64,000 nt of DNA from Candidatus Aenigmatarchaeota archaeon (GCA_038733315.1 JAVYPJ010000001.1:171469-235468); one strand, 5' to 3'. Counted from the stretch's first letter, positions 55,148-64,000 are shown. Program-made: numbers and translations. Notes: generated by a model from the letters alone, not told the origin.

Positions 55148-55552
55148 ATGAGGGTTTTATTATCTCATTGTGATTTTATAGAATTTAAGCCAATAAGAAA
55201 AGAGATTAAAATTGCGGAAGATGTTGAAATAAAAAGTTATAGATACGAAGAAATACTAGTTGCTTTTACTGCAATAGAAAAAGATGATAACGAAGAAAAG
55301 ATAGAAAAAATGTGTAATGAAATTAAAATTGTAGCTAATAGGATAGGTATTAATTCGGTATTAATTTATCCTTTTGCTCATTTAAGTAACAATTTAACAA
55401 AACCAGAAATTGCTATAAGGTTAATTAAACTTCTCGGAGAAAAATTAAAGAATGAAAATATGAAAGTTTATTTTGCTCCCTTTGGATGGGCAAAAGAATT
55501 ACATATAAAAGTTAAGGGACATCCGCTAGCAGAAAGTCTGAGAGTAATTTAA
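55148..55552 (+). CDS. free-standing archaeal ThrRS N-terminal editing domain (DTD-like trans-editing protein)
   Basis: 'MRVLLSHCDFIEF...LVAFTAIEKDD...IYPFAHLS..L.KPE.A.........L......V..APFGW.KEL.I.VKGHPLAESLRVI' closely tracks the Pyrococcus ThrRS N-terminal domain 'MRILLIHSDYIEY...VAFISVEK.D...YPFAHLSSELAKP...[25 protein letters not shown]'. Confidence 0.75.
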   Translation: MRVLLSHCDFIEFKPIRKEIKIAEDVEIKSYRYEEILVAFTAIEKDDNEEKIEKMCNEIKIVANRIGINSVLIYPFAHLSNNLTKPEIAIRLIKLLGEKLKNENMKVYFAPFGWAKELHIKVKGHPLAESLRVI

Positions 55553-55836
55553 TTTTTAAATGGTATAATTACTTCTATCTTATCTATATTGTATTTTTTC
55601 TTAAGATTTTCCTCTAACTTTTTAGAATCTTCTAAACCAATAATTAATAATTGTAGGCGGTTTTCCTTTGGAATATAGGTAATTATGACATTAGGTTCGT
55701 TCGGATTTTTTATATCGACTATTTTTATATTTTTTCCTAGAGCAGCTTCTATTTCTTTAATTATATTATCTATTTTATAGGATGAATTATCTAAATTATA
55801 AAGATTGTAAATAGTTATTTTAATTTCTTTTTTCAT
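55549..55836 (-). CDS. hypothetical small protein
   Basis: ORF only. Confidence 0.25.
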   Translation of the reverse strand: MKKEIKITIYNLYNLDNSSYKIDNIIKEIEAALGKNIKIVDIKNPNEPNVIITYIPKENRLQLLIIGLEDSKKLEENLKKKYNIDKIEVIIPFKN

Positions 55837-55887
55837 TTTTCAGCGGCGTTACTATAAATATATTAATTTTGGTAAGAACAATAAATA

Positions 55888-56160
55888 ATGGAAGTAAATA
55901 TATTAAAAAAAGAAGGGAACACGCTTTTAGTAGAGTTGAAGGGAGAGAGTGAAACATTTGCTAATTTAATAAGGGAGGAACTTTGGAATGTTAAAGGAGT
56001 AATAGAGGCTGCACATATAAAGGAGCATCCAGAATTAGCGGAACCAAAGATATGGATAAAAACAGATGGTATAGATCCGATGGAAGCTTTAAAAATTGCG
56101 GTAGAAAATTTATTAAAAAAATTCGAAGAAATTAAAAAAAGTTATAAAAAACAACTCTGA
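55888..56160 (+). CDS. rpoL: DNA-directed RNA polymerase subunit L (Rpb11 homologue)
   Basis: 'ILKKEGNTLLVELKGESETFANLIREEL...V..A.....HPEL..P.I.I.T.G.DPMEALKIAVENL' matches the RpoL/Rpb11 consensus. Confidence 0.75.
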   Translation: MEVNILKKEGNTLLVELKGESETFANLIREELWNVKGVIEAAHIKEHPELAEPKIWIKTDGIDPMEALKIAVENLLKKFEEIKKSYKKQL

Positions 56161-56203
56161 ACTTATTTATTTTATTTTGATAAAAAAATATTTTTATTAA
56201 AAA

Positions 56204-56276
56204 GCCAGGGTAGCTCAGCAGGTAGAGCGTCCGGCTGTTAACCGGAAGGTCGCCGGTTCGAATCCGGCCCCTGGCG
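56204..56276 (+). tRNA. tRNA-Asn (anticodon GUU)
   Basis: GCCAGGG/CCCTGGC acceptor, discriminator G. Anticodon stem TCCGG/CCGGA with loop CT-GTT-AA. T-arm GCCGG-TTCGAAT-CCGGC. Confidence 0.85.
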
Positions 56277-56305
56277 AAAAAATAAAATAAAGAAATAATA
56301 ATTTT

Positions 56306-56377
56306 ATGCCCTACCTACCAGCCTCTAATGAGCTGTGAGTCAAGCAAGCTATGAGTTGGATGCACGAGGTAGGGCAT
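56306..56377 (+). ncRNA. GC-rich hairpin (11-bp perfect stem ATGCCCTACCT/AGGTAGGGCAT, about 50-nt internal region); candidate small structured RNA
   Basis: A GC island within an AT-rich intergenic region between tRNA-Asn and rnz. The stem is followed by ATA. The internal region has short sub-helices. Not a tRNA. No C/D boxes. Confidence 0.3.
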
Positions 56378-56427
56378 AGCCGATATTTTTATTTTCATTA
56401 AAAATAGCTTCTTAAAACATATGTTTT

Positions 56428-57378
56428 ATGATAAGAATAACTTTTTTGGGAACCTCTGCTGGAATTCCTAGTTTTAGTAGGAATCATCCTTCAATAGCTA
56501 TAGAATATTTTGGTAAAGATTATAAGCTTTTTCTTTTAGATTGTGGCGAGGGAACTCAACTACAACTAATGAAAGCAGGAATAAGCTTTATGAAAATAAA
56601 TTCTATTTTCATAACTCATTGGCATGCGGACCATTTTGCTGGCTTAATATCTTTAATTCAAACAATGAATATAGAAGGAAGAGAAAAAAGTTTGAGAATT
56701 TTTGCTCCAGAGGCTTCAAAATACGTTAAAAATATATTAAATCTTTATGCTTACAAACCATTTTTTGAGATTTTGCCTATTGATGTTGAATTATCTGAAA
56801 ATCCAAAAAAATTTTTTGAGGATGAAGAGTTGGAGTTTAGTGCTATAAAGGTTAAGCATAGTGTTAATAGCGTTGCGTATTCAGTTAAAGAAAAAGATAA
56901 ATATACAATAGATGAAGAAAAATTAAAAGGTTTTAATTTAAAAAAAGGTAAATGGTTAGATGTAATAAAGAAAAAGGGATATTATGAGTTTGAAGATGGT
57001 AAAAAAATTAAAATAGAAGAAATAGCAGTTTTAAAAAAAGGATTAAAAATAACGTATAGTGGTGATTGTATATATGATGAAAATTTAGTAAAGTTAGCTA
57101 AGGATTCAAAAATATTAATACACGAGGCAACATATGCTGAAAGTGATAAAGATGAGGAAAAATTACATTCTAGCGTTTCAGACGCCGCAAAAATAGCAAG
57201 TTTAGCTGGAGTAGAGCTATTGGTATTAACTCATATAAGTAGAAGATATCAAACAGAAGATGATATAATAAACATATTGACAGAAGCTAAGAAAATCTTT
57301 AGGAATGTAATAGTAGCTGAAGATTTTTTAGTAATAGAGGTTTGTAAGGATAAGACAAACATTTATAAGAAGGTATGA
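56428..57378 (+). CDS. rnz: ribonuclease Z (tRNA 3' endonuclease)
   Basis: 'ITFLGTSAGIP' start. Metallo-beta-lactamase 'ITHWHADHFAGL' (HxHxDH). About 316 aa as in the short RNase Z form. Confidence 0.8.
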   Translation: MIRITFLGTSAGIPSFSRNHPSIAIEYFGKDYKLFLLDCGEGTQLQLMKAGISFMKINSIFITHWHADHFAGLISLIQTMNIEGREKSLRIFAPEASKYVKNILNLYAYKPFFEILPIDVELSENPKKFFEDEELEFSAIKVKHSVNSVAYSVKEKDKYTIDEEKLKGFNLKKGKWLDVIKKKGYYEFEDGKKIKIEEIAVLKKGLKITYSGDCIYDENLVKLAKDSKILIHEATYAESDKDEEKLHSSVSDAAKIASLAGVELLVLTHISRRYQTEDDIINILTEAKKIFRNVIVAEDFLVIEVCKDKTNIYKKV

Positions 57379-59261
57379 AGAGAGAAATTTCTATTACATA
57401 TATAGAAATCGAAAAATGGTTAAAGGAAAATCAAGAGAACATAGTTAATTCGATTATTAAGAAAATTAAGCAGAGAGAAAAAATATTTTATTTCAAGCTG
57501 TTTAAAGGAAAAAACCAAAATTTAATAATATATTTACCGTATTTTTTGTTTTTTTCTAACTCTTCAATAAGGGTTGAAAAACCTACTACCTTTCAGATGG
57601 TTTTGAGAAAATATGCTGAAGATAAAAGAATTGAAAAGGTTTATCAGAGAGAAATGGATAAAATTGTTATATTCGAGCTATCTAATAAAATTAAATTAAT
57701 TTTTGAGTTTTTTTCTGATGGAAATATAATAATAGTTGATGAAAACGGAAAAATAATAGACGCTTTAGTAAAAAGAGATTGGAAAGATAGAAGTATAAAT
57801 AGAAATGTAGAGTATAAGTTTCCGCCATTAAAAAATTTAATTAAAAAAAACTTTCAAGAAATTTTTGAGATATGTAAAAATTCTGATTTAGCTATATTCA
57901 AATTTCTCATAGAAAATTTTGGTTTAAATTCGTATTATGCACAAGCTATTTTAGAAACTCTTAAAATAGATAAGAATAAAAATTGTAAAGAGATTTCTCA
58001 AAGAGAGCTTGATTTAATTCTTAAGAGTATAGAAGAGATATTAAAATCAAAGGAGTTTTATATAAAGAAAAACGATTTGATATGGATAGGTTCGTTAAAT
58101 ATTAGCGATTCTATAAGAATAGAAAAAATTAATGATGCTTTTTTAGAAGGATTTAGCATAATCGAGAAAAAAAAGATAATAAGAAAAGAAAAAGAGAAAG
58201 AAGAGAAAGTTAAAAAAATTTTTGAAGCAATAGAAGAGAGTAAAAGAAAAATAATGGAAGAAATTTCTGAAATTTCAGAAAAAATCGATGTAATACAAAA
58301 TAATTATAGTTTAATTTCAGAAATTTCTGAAAAGATTTTAGCTCTTAGAGGTATGAATGTCGATTGGCAGGATATAAAAAATATTATTAAAAAACAGTAT
58401 AAGGAGGTTTTAGAAATAAACGAGCATCTTGGTAGTATTAAGTTAAAATTTGGAGAAAAAGAGATAACTTTAAGTTTTAGAGATTTGAAAAGTTTCTTAA
58501 ATAAACTTTTCGAAAGAAGAAAAAAGCTAAAAGAAAAATTAAGTAAAATTGAGGAAAGGCAAAAAGAAGAAATTAAGATTGAAGTAGAAAAAGAAAGCTT
58601 TGGTTTAGCATTAGAAAAAGAAGAGAAGGAGCAAAAACAATGGTACGAAAAGTTTAGATGGTTTATAAGTTCAGATGGATTTTTAGTTGTTAGCGGAAAA
58701 GATGCCGAGAGTAATGAGGAGTTAATAAAAAAATACGTAAGGGAGCAAGATATAATCTTTCATGCGGATATTCATGGCTCTCCGTTTACTGTTATAAGAA
58801 ACGATAAGAAACAAAACATTCCACTACAAACAATTTATGAGGCAGCTCAGTTTACAGCTTGTTATTCTCAAGCTTGGGATTTGGGCTTAGGTAATATTAA
58901 TGTTTATTATGTAAGGCCAAATCAATTGGTTAAGTCAAATTTGCCAAAAGGCAGTTTTTTAATTACTGGTGAAAGAATTTGGTTAGAAAAGGTTAAGTTA
59001 AGGTTAGCTATTGGTGTTTATGAAGAAATGGGAAAAGTAAAAATATTTGCAGCTCCACCAGTAGCTGCTAGGAAAAAAACTCAATACATAATAACGTTAG
59101 TTCCAGGAAATAGAAGTGCAGATGAATTGGTAAAGGAAATAAGAAAACATTTTGAAAGCAATTTACCTTTTGAAATTAGAGCATTGTTTGAGAAAGTTAG
59201 CGACGAAGAAATAAAAAGGCTAATTCCTTTTAGTAAGGGCGAATTAGTTAGGGTTATATAG
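57375..59261 (+). CDS. NFACT-family protein (Rqc2/NEMF/FbpA homologue) with NFACT-N, coiled coil and NFACT-R (DUF814)
   Basis: C-terminal 'WFISSDGFLVVSGKDAESNEELIKKYVREQDIIFHADIHGSPFTVI' is the DUF814 signature. A long E/K-rich coiled coil lies in the middle. Confidence 0.7.
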   Translation: MKREISITYIEIEKWLKENQENIVNSIIKKIKQREKIFYFKLFKGKNQNLIIYLPYFLFFSNSSIRVEKPTTFQMVLRKYAEDKRIEKVYQREMDKIVIFELSNKIKLIFEFFSDGNIIIVDENGKIIDALVKRDWKDRSINRNVEYKFPPLKNLIKKNFQEIFEICKNSDLAIFKFLIENFGLNSYYAQAILETLKIDKNKNCKEISQRELDLILKSIEEILKSKEFYIKKNDLIWIGSLNISDSIRIEKINDAFLEGFSIIEKKKIIRKEKEKEEKVKKIFEAIEESKRKIMEEISEISEKIDVIQNNYSLISEISEKILALRGMNVDWQDIKNIIKKQYKEVLEINEHLGSIKLKFGEKEITLSFRDLKSFLNKLFERRKKLKEKLSKIEERQKEEIKIEVEKESFGLALEKEEKEQKQWYEKFRWFISSDGFLVVSGKDAESNEELIKKYVREQDIIFHADIHGSPFTVIRNDKKQNIPLQTIYEAAQFTACYSQAWDLGLGNINVYYVRPNQLVKSNLPKGSFLITGERIWLEKVKLRLAIGVYEEMGKVKIFAAPPVAARKKTQYIITLVPGNRSADELVKEIRKHFESNLPFEIRALFEKVSDEEIKRLIPFSKGELVRVI

Positions 59262-59274
59262 TTTTTATTAAAGT

Positions 59275-60348
59275 CTAAATAGTATATAATATATTGTGTA
59301 TTTTTTCGGTATTTTCTATTTCGGTTTTTAATTTCATGTGATAAATATCAATACCTAAATGTCTGTTTTTTCCTAATTTAGTTTCTATTTTATTTTCTTC
59401 TAAAGCGTTTTTTATTTTCTGGATTTTTTTACCGTCTGAAGAAGCAATTAACATATTACATTTTTCAAGACCAGTTTTTTCTACAAACATCTTTGAAATA
59501 GAATAAACTTTTTCAAAATTATTAGATACAGAAAGAACAGCCGAAAGAATTTTAAATAAATTCAAATCTTTATATTCCAGTCTCTTAAAATCTATAATAT
59601 CGAAAAAATCCGAGCAAATTCTTTTTATTCCGTACTTGTCATCTTTAGTATCACACATTTTTAAAATCAAATTTCCTAATTCTTTATGGTGCTTTATAAT
59701 ACTCTTTCTATAAATTCTCGCCAATTCTAGGAAATCACTATATCTTTTGTTTTCTAGAACCTTTGCGCAATCTATAACAAAAGATAAAGTTGCCCCCGGC
59801 ATTATTACATCTATAATATCACCTAAGGTACTCACAAATTCATTTAAAATTTTTTTATGATTTTCATTACCCATACTATCTAATAAATACTTGAAGGTGG
59901 TTTTGGTATCGTCATCATCTAATATCTCTACTTTTATGTTTTTATTTTCTAATTTTTTAATTAATTCTTTATCTACATCCAAATCAAGAAAGTATACATA
60001 CTTTAATTTTTCGAAAAAATCTTTTTTTATAATAAAATTCTCGACCAAATCTCTTAGAGGCTTTCTTTGTGTGAAAAAGAAGCTTATCTTATCACTAATT
60101 TTATCGTAGCTCAAAGAAAGCATATAAATTTTTACTAGTAATGACAGTAGTCCATCTCTATCGTAATGTACGAAGAAGATGATTTCACTATCTTTATTTT
60201 TAAAGGAATTACTTTTTAAACCAAATGTAAAACTACAAGATGAAAATATTTTATAAATGTCTAAATAATTACTTTCAGTTTCAAACAAATTTTTATTTAG
60301 ATCTTTTTTTAAATAATGAGCTCCACTCATAAATGTGCTTAAAAACAA
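59275..60348 (-). CDS. hypothetical protein with a DHH-phosphoesterase motif I-like segment; downstream partner of the DUF87 ATPase
   Basis: 'IIFFVHYDRDGLLSLL' resembles DHH motif I (GDYDADGITS). 'YVYFLDLD' is a possible motif II. The motif III position reads 'ILDDDD' rather than DHH. No GGGH. Confidence 0.3.
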   Translation of the reverse strand: MFLSTFMSGAHYLKKDLNKNLFETESNYLDIYKIFSSCSFTFGLKSNSFKNKDSEIIFFVHYDRDGLLSLLVKIYMLSLSYDKISDKISFFFTQRKPLRDLVENFIIKKDFFEKLKYVYFLDLDVDKELIKKLENKNIKVEILDDDDTKTTFKYLLDSMGNENHKKILNEFVSTLGDIIDVIMPGATLSFVIDCAKVLENKRYSDFLELARIYRKSIIKHHKELGNLILKMCDTKDDKYGIKRICSDFFDIIDFKRLEYKDLNLFKILSAVLSVSNNFEKVYSISKMFVEKTGLEKCNMLIASSDGKKIQKIKNALEENKIETKLGKNRHLGIDIYHMKLKTEIENTEKIHNILYTI

Positions 60349-60415
60349 AATATTTAAACTTTTTCAACAAAAAATTAAATCTTTCAGTTTATAGAGAATT
60401 ATAAAAAACAATGAA

Positions 60416-61696
60416 CTAAACCTGAATTTGGGCTGTTCCACCGGCATGCCAGCTTAATCTAGGTCTAATTATTGCTGTAAATATTCTTTCTAGGTTATCG
60501 TCTAAAATTAGCGCAGCTCCATATACTCTTGGTAATTTATTAAAATAGTATTGAAAATCTTCTTCCATATATGTCTGCATTACAGAATGTAATGCTTTTA
60601 AATCTTCTCTAGAGGTTAATCTAAAAGAAATTACTATGTCTGTCTGACTTAATAAATCTTGATGTAATTTGTTTGGCATTTGTGTTATACAAACTAAATT
60701 TACTCCCGGCTCTCTTCCTTGTTTAGCAATAGTTAGAATAGGTTCTAATGCAATAGTTTTTCTATCGCTTGGAGCAAAGTTTTGAGCCTCCTCAAAAATA
60801 AGCCAAGTAATTGGAAAGAAAAATTTTTGAATTCTACCCTCTATTTTTGCTACTTCTTCTTCCTTTCTTGACAAAACCCTTTTAAAGTAGGTATTTGAAG
60901 TAATCCAAGCAGCAATCATATTTATTATAGCATTACTTTTAACTCTAGATAAATCTATTACACTTACTTTTCCAGGAATTACTATATCTTCTATTTTGCT
61001 TCCTTCTTTTTCGAAAATGCCCCAAGTATCTACTGTTTTAAATATAGAAATTAATGTTTTTTTGACGTTTTCATCCATTTCTTTATCTTCTTGCAACTTT
61101 CTTATTATATCTTTTAAATCATATTTCCCTATTTCCTTTTTTAGTTCTGCCAAAATTTTTTCTAAGGCAATTGCAAGATTCGAAGTTCTTTCCCACTCAA
61201 AAGTTTTAACCCAATCTTCTATACTAAAATCGCTAGTGGTTAAAGTTAATGTTTTATCTACAGGTATTCCAGCATTTATATAATCTTGAGCTAAACCTTT
61301 TGGGACAAAAACTTCGATAAATTCTTTAAATCCCTTTGGTTCTAAATTCCATTGTTTTAATAAAAGTTTTTGTTGCTCGTTTGGAAATTTTATACTCCAG
61401 TATATACCCATAGGATCTAAAATTACCATTGCAGATTTTTTTCTTATTTCATCTTCTAATTGGCAAAATTCTTCAATTATTACTCCACTAGAATAGCTTT
61501 TTCCGCTACCCCTTTTTCCACAAATTAAAACAACATGACTTTTAGTAAAATCGAAATAGACTTTTGTAGTTAATTGCCAATCATATTCACCAATAACTAA
61601 ATGCCTTCCAATATAGCCAGCACCTTTAATTCCAAGTTTTTTCTTCTCTTCTTCACTTCTCCCAATAATTGTTTCAACAATTTCTGAAATTACCAT
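60416..61696 (-). CDS. DUF87/HerA-FtsK-superfamily P-loop ATPase (no N-terminal HAS barrel)
   Basis: 'IGRHLVIGEYDWQ...VVLICGKRGSGKSYSSGVIIEE' Walker A about 60 aa from the N-terminus. Walker B 'AMVILDPMG'. 426 aa. Confidence 0.6.
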   Translation of the reverse strand: MVISEIVETIIGRSEEEKKKLGIKGAGYIGRHLVIGEYDWQLTTKVYFDFTKSHVVLICGKRGSGKSYSSGVIIEEFCQLEDEIRKKSAMVILDPMGIYWSIKFPNEQQKLLLKQWNLEPKGFKEFIEVFVPKGLAQDYINAGIPVDKTLTLTTSDFSIEDWVKTFEWERTSNLAIALEKILAELKKEIGKYDLKDIIRKLQEDKEMDENVKKTLISIFKTVDTWGIFEKEGSKIEDIVIPGKVSVIDLSRVKSNAIINMIAAWITSNTYFKRVLSRKEEEVAKIEGRIQKFFFPITWLIFEEAQNFAPSDRKTIALEPILTIAKQGREPGVNLVCITQMPNKLHQDLLSQTDIVISFRLTSREDLKALHSVMQTYMEEDFQYYFNKLPRVYGAALILDDNLERIFTAIIRPRLSWHAGGTAQIQV

Positions 61697-61760
61697 AAAT
61701 TAAATCTTCATATTTCTACGTTATATAAACAAAGGATTTTATTAAGATAGTTTTGGTATT

Positions 61761-61831
61761 TGCGCCGGCCGGGATTTGAACCCGGGCTACCGGCTTGGAA
61801 GGCCGGTGTCCTACCACTAGACTACCGGCGC
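61761..61831 (-). tRNA. tRNA-Gly (anticodon UCC)
   Basis: The reverse complement reads GCGCCGG-TA-GTCT-AGTGGTA-GGAC-A-CCGGC-CT-TCC-AA-GCCGG-TAGC-CCGGG-TTCAAAT-CCCGG-CCGGCGC-A. Confidence 0.85.
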
Positions 61832-61882
61832 ATATAAAAATATTTGTTTAATTTTTATTTAGTTGGAGAATTAATATCTTAT

Positions 61883-61953
61883 GGGTCCGTAGTCTAACGG
61901 TAGGACGCCGCCCTGACGCGGCGGAGAACCCGGTTCAACTCCGGGCGGACCCA
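61883..61953 (+). tRNA. tRNA-Val (anticodon GAC)
   Basis: GGGTCCG/CGGACCC acceptor, discriminator A. D-arm GTCT-AACGGTA-GGAC. Anticodon stem CCGCC/GGCGG with loop CT-GAC-GC. T-arm CCCGG-TTCAACT-CCGGG. Confidence 0.8.
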
Positions 61954-62700
61954 TTAATATGCTAAAGCTTGTAATAAATTTCTAGTCCCTATGGAAAAGC
62001 TTAAAACTGAAAAAGATGTTTTAATGAAGTTTTTAGAATCTTCACTTAAAGTTATGATATCCAAAAGTTTTATTAAAGATATTATAAAGATTAGTTTTAT
62101 AAATAAATATCCTATTGAAAAGTATTCTAAGATTAATCTAGAAAAAACGTGCTGCTCGTAAAAACCGAAAAAAAGAACGTTTATTATTGTTATGGTTGCT
62201 TCATATAATTGCCCTATAATTAGCAATCTGTTAAATAGGTTTATTTTAGCTATGAAAATTAATATAATAAACAGAAATGATAATGGAAAATATATAGATA
62301 AAGCTTGTAGATTTTTTAGTTCTAATTGAAATGAAAATGTAAAAAACATAAGAGTTCCTAAAATAAACGCAGTTTTTTCATAACTATTAGCTAAAATTTT
62401 TCTTGAAAGATACATCAATATAACAAAAAATATTATATATAATCCTTCAATCCAAGGGGTTATAAAAATAATGCTAGAAATAATTTTATAATCTTCTAAA
62501 ACTCTAATTGCAGAGAATGGAAGCGCTAAAAAATGCGAAAATATAGCAAATCTATAATCGATTTTTATCTTTTGTTTCTTAACAAACTTATAAAGTAGAA
62601 AGATTGCTATTAAAAATACAATAGAATAAATAAATGTTTTAAAAAAGGTATATCCCTCTCTTTTAGGATCAAAGAAATATATATAAATTTCTTCTATCAT
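61954..62700 (-). CDS. polytopic membrane protein (about 7 TM)
   Basis: Hydropathy only. Begins immediately after tRNA-Val. Confidence 0.35.
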   Translation of the reverse strand: MIEEIYIYFFDPKREGYTFFKTFIYSIVFLIAIFLLYKFVKKQKIKIDYRFAIFSHFLALPFSAIRVLEDYKIISSIIFITPWIEGLYIIFFVILMYLSRKILANSYEKTAFILGTLMFFTFSFQLELKNLQALSIYFPLSFLFIILIFIAKINLFNRLLIIGQLYEATITIINVLFFGFYEQHVFSRLILEYFSIGYLFIKLIFIISLIKLLDIITLSEDSKNFIKTSFSVLSFSIGTRNLLQALAY

Positions 62701-62711
62701 AAAAAACTTTT

Positions 62712-63509
62712 ATGAATAATATTGTTAGAGGATTACAATTACTTTTAGTGGCTTTAATTTTAGTTTTTGGAATATTTCTTTCGGGCTGTACTAATTTACC
62801 ATTAGATTCTACAGCACCAGCATTTAGCGCTAGAACTTCTAACGGTTTACTTATTAAAAGTGTGAATTACGAATCTAAAATTTCTGAAAAATCGGATGTA
62901 GAGATTGTGGTTAATATAGAAAATGCTGGATACGATGCTAATAACGTTAAAATTACTCTCTTTGGTTTAACTGATCGCTGGACTCCTAAACCGCCAATTT
63001 CAGAAAATATAGGTAGTTTAAAAAATGGAGAAACATATGAAAAAATATTCAAAGTCAAATCTCCTGAAATAGCTGAAAATAGAACTGATAGCTTTGGATT
63101 AAAGCTTGAATACGATTATACTTCTGTATATGAAGCTAAGATAGTTTTGAGAAAGAAGGATAAAAACATTACTGTTAGTCTAGAGGGAGAAAGATTAGTT
63201 AAACCAGCTCCGATAACTTTTAAATTATCTTCTCACAAAATTTCAAATAACGTACTTTATCTTAACTTTTCTGTTTCAAATGAAGGAAGTGGAAAAACAA
63301 ACGAAATAAGAATATATGCTGATGGTATTAGTTGCGACAGCTCGGCTGATTTAAAAAACAAATCTAGAGTTTCTTGTAGCGTTGAGATACCATCTTTTGA
63401 CGAAGTGTTAGTTAAAGAATTTCAATTAAGAGCAGCATATAGATATGAATATCAAACAGATTTAGTTTATAAGATAAATGTATATAAAATTAAACCAGAA
63501 TCAGAATAA
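62712..63509 (+). CDS. secreted protein or lipoprotein-like (signal peptide ending LSGC), beta-rich
   Basis: 'MNNIVRGLQLLLVALILVFGIFLSGCTNL' is a signal peptide with a lipobox-like Cys. Confidence 0.4.
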   Translation: MNNIVRGLQLLLVALILVFGIFLSGCTNLPLDSTAPAFSARTSNGLLIKSVNYESKISEKSDVEIVVNIENAGYDANNVKITLFGLTDRWTPKPPISENIGSLKNGETYEKIFKVKSPEIAENRTDSFGLKLEYDYTSVYEAKIVLRKKDKNITVSLEGERLVKPAPITFKLSSHKISNNVLYLNFSVSNEGSGKTNEIRIYADGISCDSSADLKNKSRVSCSVEIPSFDEVLVKEFQLRAAYRYEYQTDLVYKINVYKIKPESE

Positions 63510-63518
63510 TAAACTATT

Positions 63519-64000
63519 TTAATCAAAAACAAAAACTATAGAGGGCCTTGCTGGTAAAGAATCCTTAGCTTTAACCTCTTTACTTTCCTCTTCTCTTTCT
63601 ATTTCGAATTTACAATCGAATTCTTTTTCTAAAAATTCTTTATATTGAGATAAAACTTCGAACTCGTTTTCGATTAAATAGTTTAATATTTTCGATTTTT
63701 TAATTATTTTTTTTGCAATATCATTATTAAAATATTTTTTGTTCAATTCATTCAGATTAATCCCACTTTCAATTTCTTTCTTAATATTTTTAGCGATTTC
63801 AAACTTTTCTTTATTCGCTACAATCAATTTTATTTCTTTTGGTTTTTTATTTTTAATTTTTAATATCTCTCTTATATCGCTTGTAACGAATTCTATATAC
63901 TCTTCGCTTTTTAATATATTCTCATCTATTTTTTCTACTTTTGGCCAAGAGATGTTTATAGCATCTTTTCCAATTTTTTCAAGAATTTCAGAAGTTATAT
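63519..64000 (-). CDS. C-terminal part of a larger protein continuing beyond the window end (identity uncertain)
   Basis: The minus-strand reading frame is open from 64000 down to the stop at 63519. The listed 102-aa ORF is only the last Met-initiated segment. Confidence 0.4.
   Translation of the reverse strand, partial: ITSEILEKIGKDAINISWPKVEKIDENILKSEEYIEFVTSDIREILKIKNKKPKEIKLIVANKEKFEIAKNIKKEIESGINLNELNKKYFNNDIAKKIIKKSKILNYLIENEFEVLSQYKEFLEKEFDCKFEIEREEESKEVKAKDSLPARPSIVFVFD

Noticed and set aside
56306-56377. tRNA or C/D-box sRNA for the GC-rich hairpin
   Set aside because: No cloverleaf can be drawn (no T-loop GTTCRANY, no acceptor or D arms). No RUGAUGA or CUGA boxes. Kept only as a generic ncRNA candidate.

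Overview
AT-rich (roughly 27-30% GC), very gene-dense archaeal chromosomal segment with many 4-20 nt gene overlaps and isolated GC-rich islands that correspond to tRNA genes. The gene content is archaeal information-processing and housekeeping: family-B DNA polymerase, RadA, RPA-like protein, Hel308, histone, EF-1alpha, IleRS, Kae1 and Bud32 (unlinked), Cbf5, RpoL, RNase Z, Elp3, and ribosomal proteins L7Ae/S28e/L24e, S4e/L5/S14, L35Ae and L14e. Seven tRNA genes were found by eye: Gln(UUG) with an intron, Ala, Pro, Arg, Asn, Gly and Val. None encodes a 3' CCA. Two short ribosomal protein genes, L24e and S14, fall below the 60-aa cutoff of the ORF track and were recovered by manual translation. 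Accessory content: an N-glycosylation locus (AglB/STT3, GT2, GT4, GT-C, PAP2), an S-layer-like secreted protein with a structured 5' UTR, a beta-class DNA methyltransferase with a candidate cognate nuclease, a HEPN/MNT toxin-antitoxin pair, two tandem NTase-HEPN fusion paralogs, a stand-alone Cas4-like nuclease, a free-standing ThrRS editing domain, and a DUF87 ATPase with a DHH-motif partner flanked by tRNA genes. The most coherent unusual signals are: (i) a wobble-U34 modification island, with a Trm9-like methyltransferase whose CDS runs antisense through an intron-containing tRNA-Gln(UUG), next to Elp3; (ii) a polB operon preceded by a wHTH gene, a DP1-like OB-fold gene lacking phosphoesterase motifs, and a phased 21-bp x5 tandem repeat array; (iii) the DUF87/DHH-like pair between tRNA genes. 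The fragmented ribosomal operons and pervasive overlaps suggest a reduced-genome archaeon (DPANN- or Nanoarchaeota-like); this is inference only.
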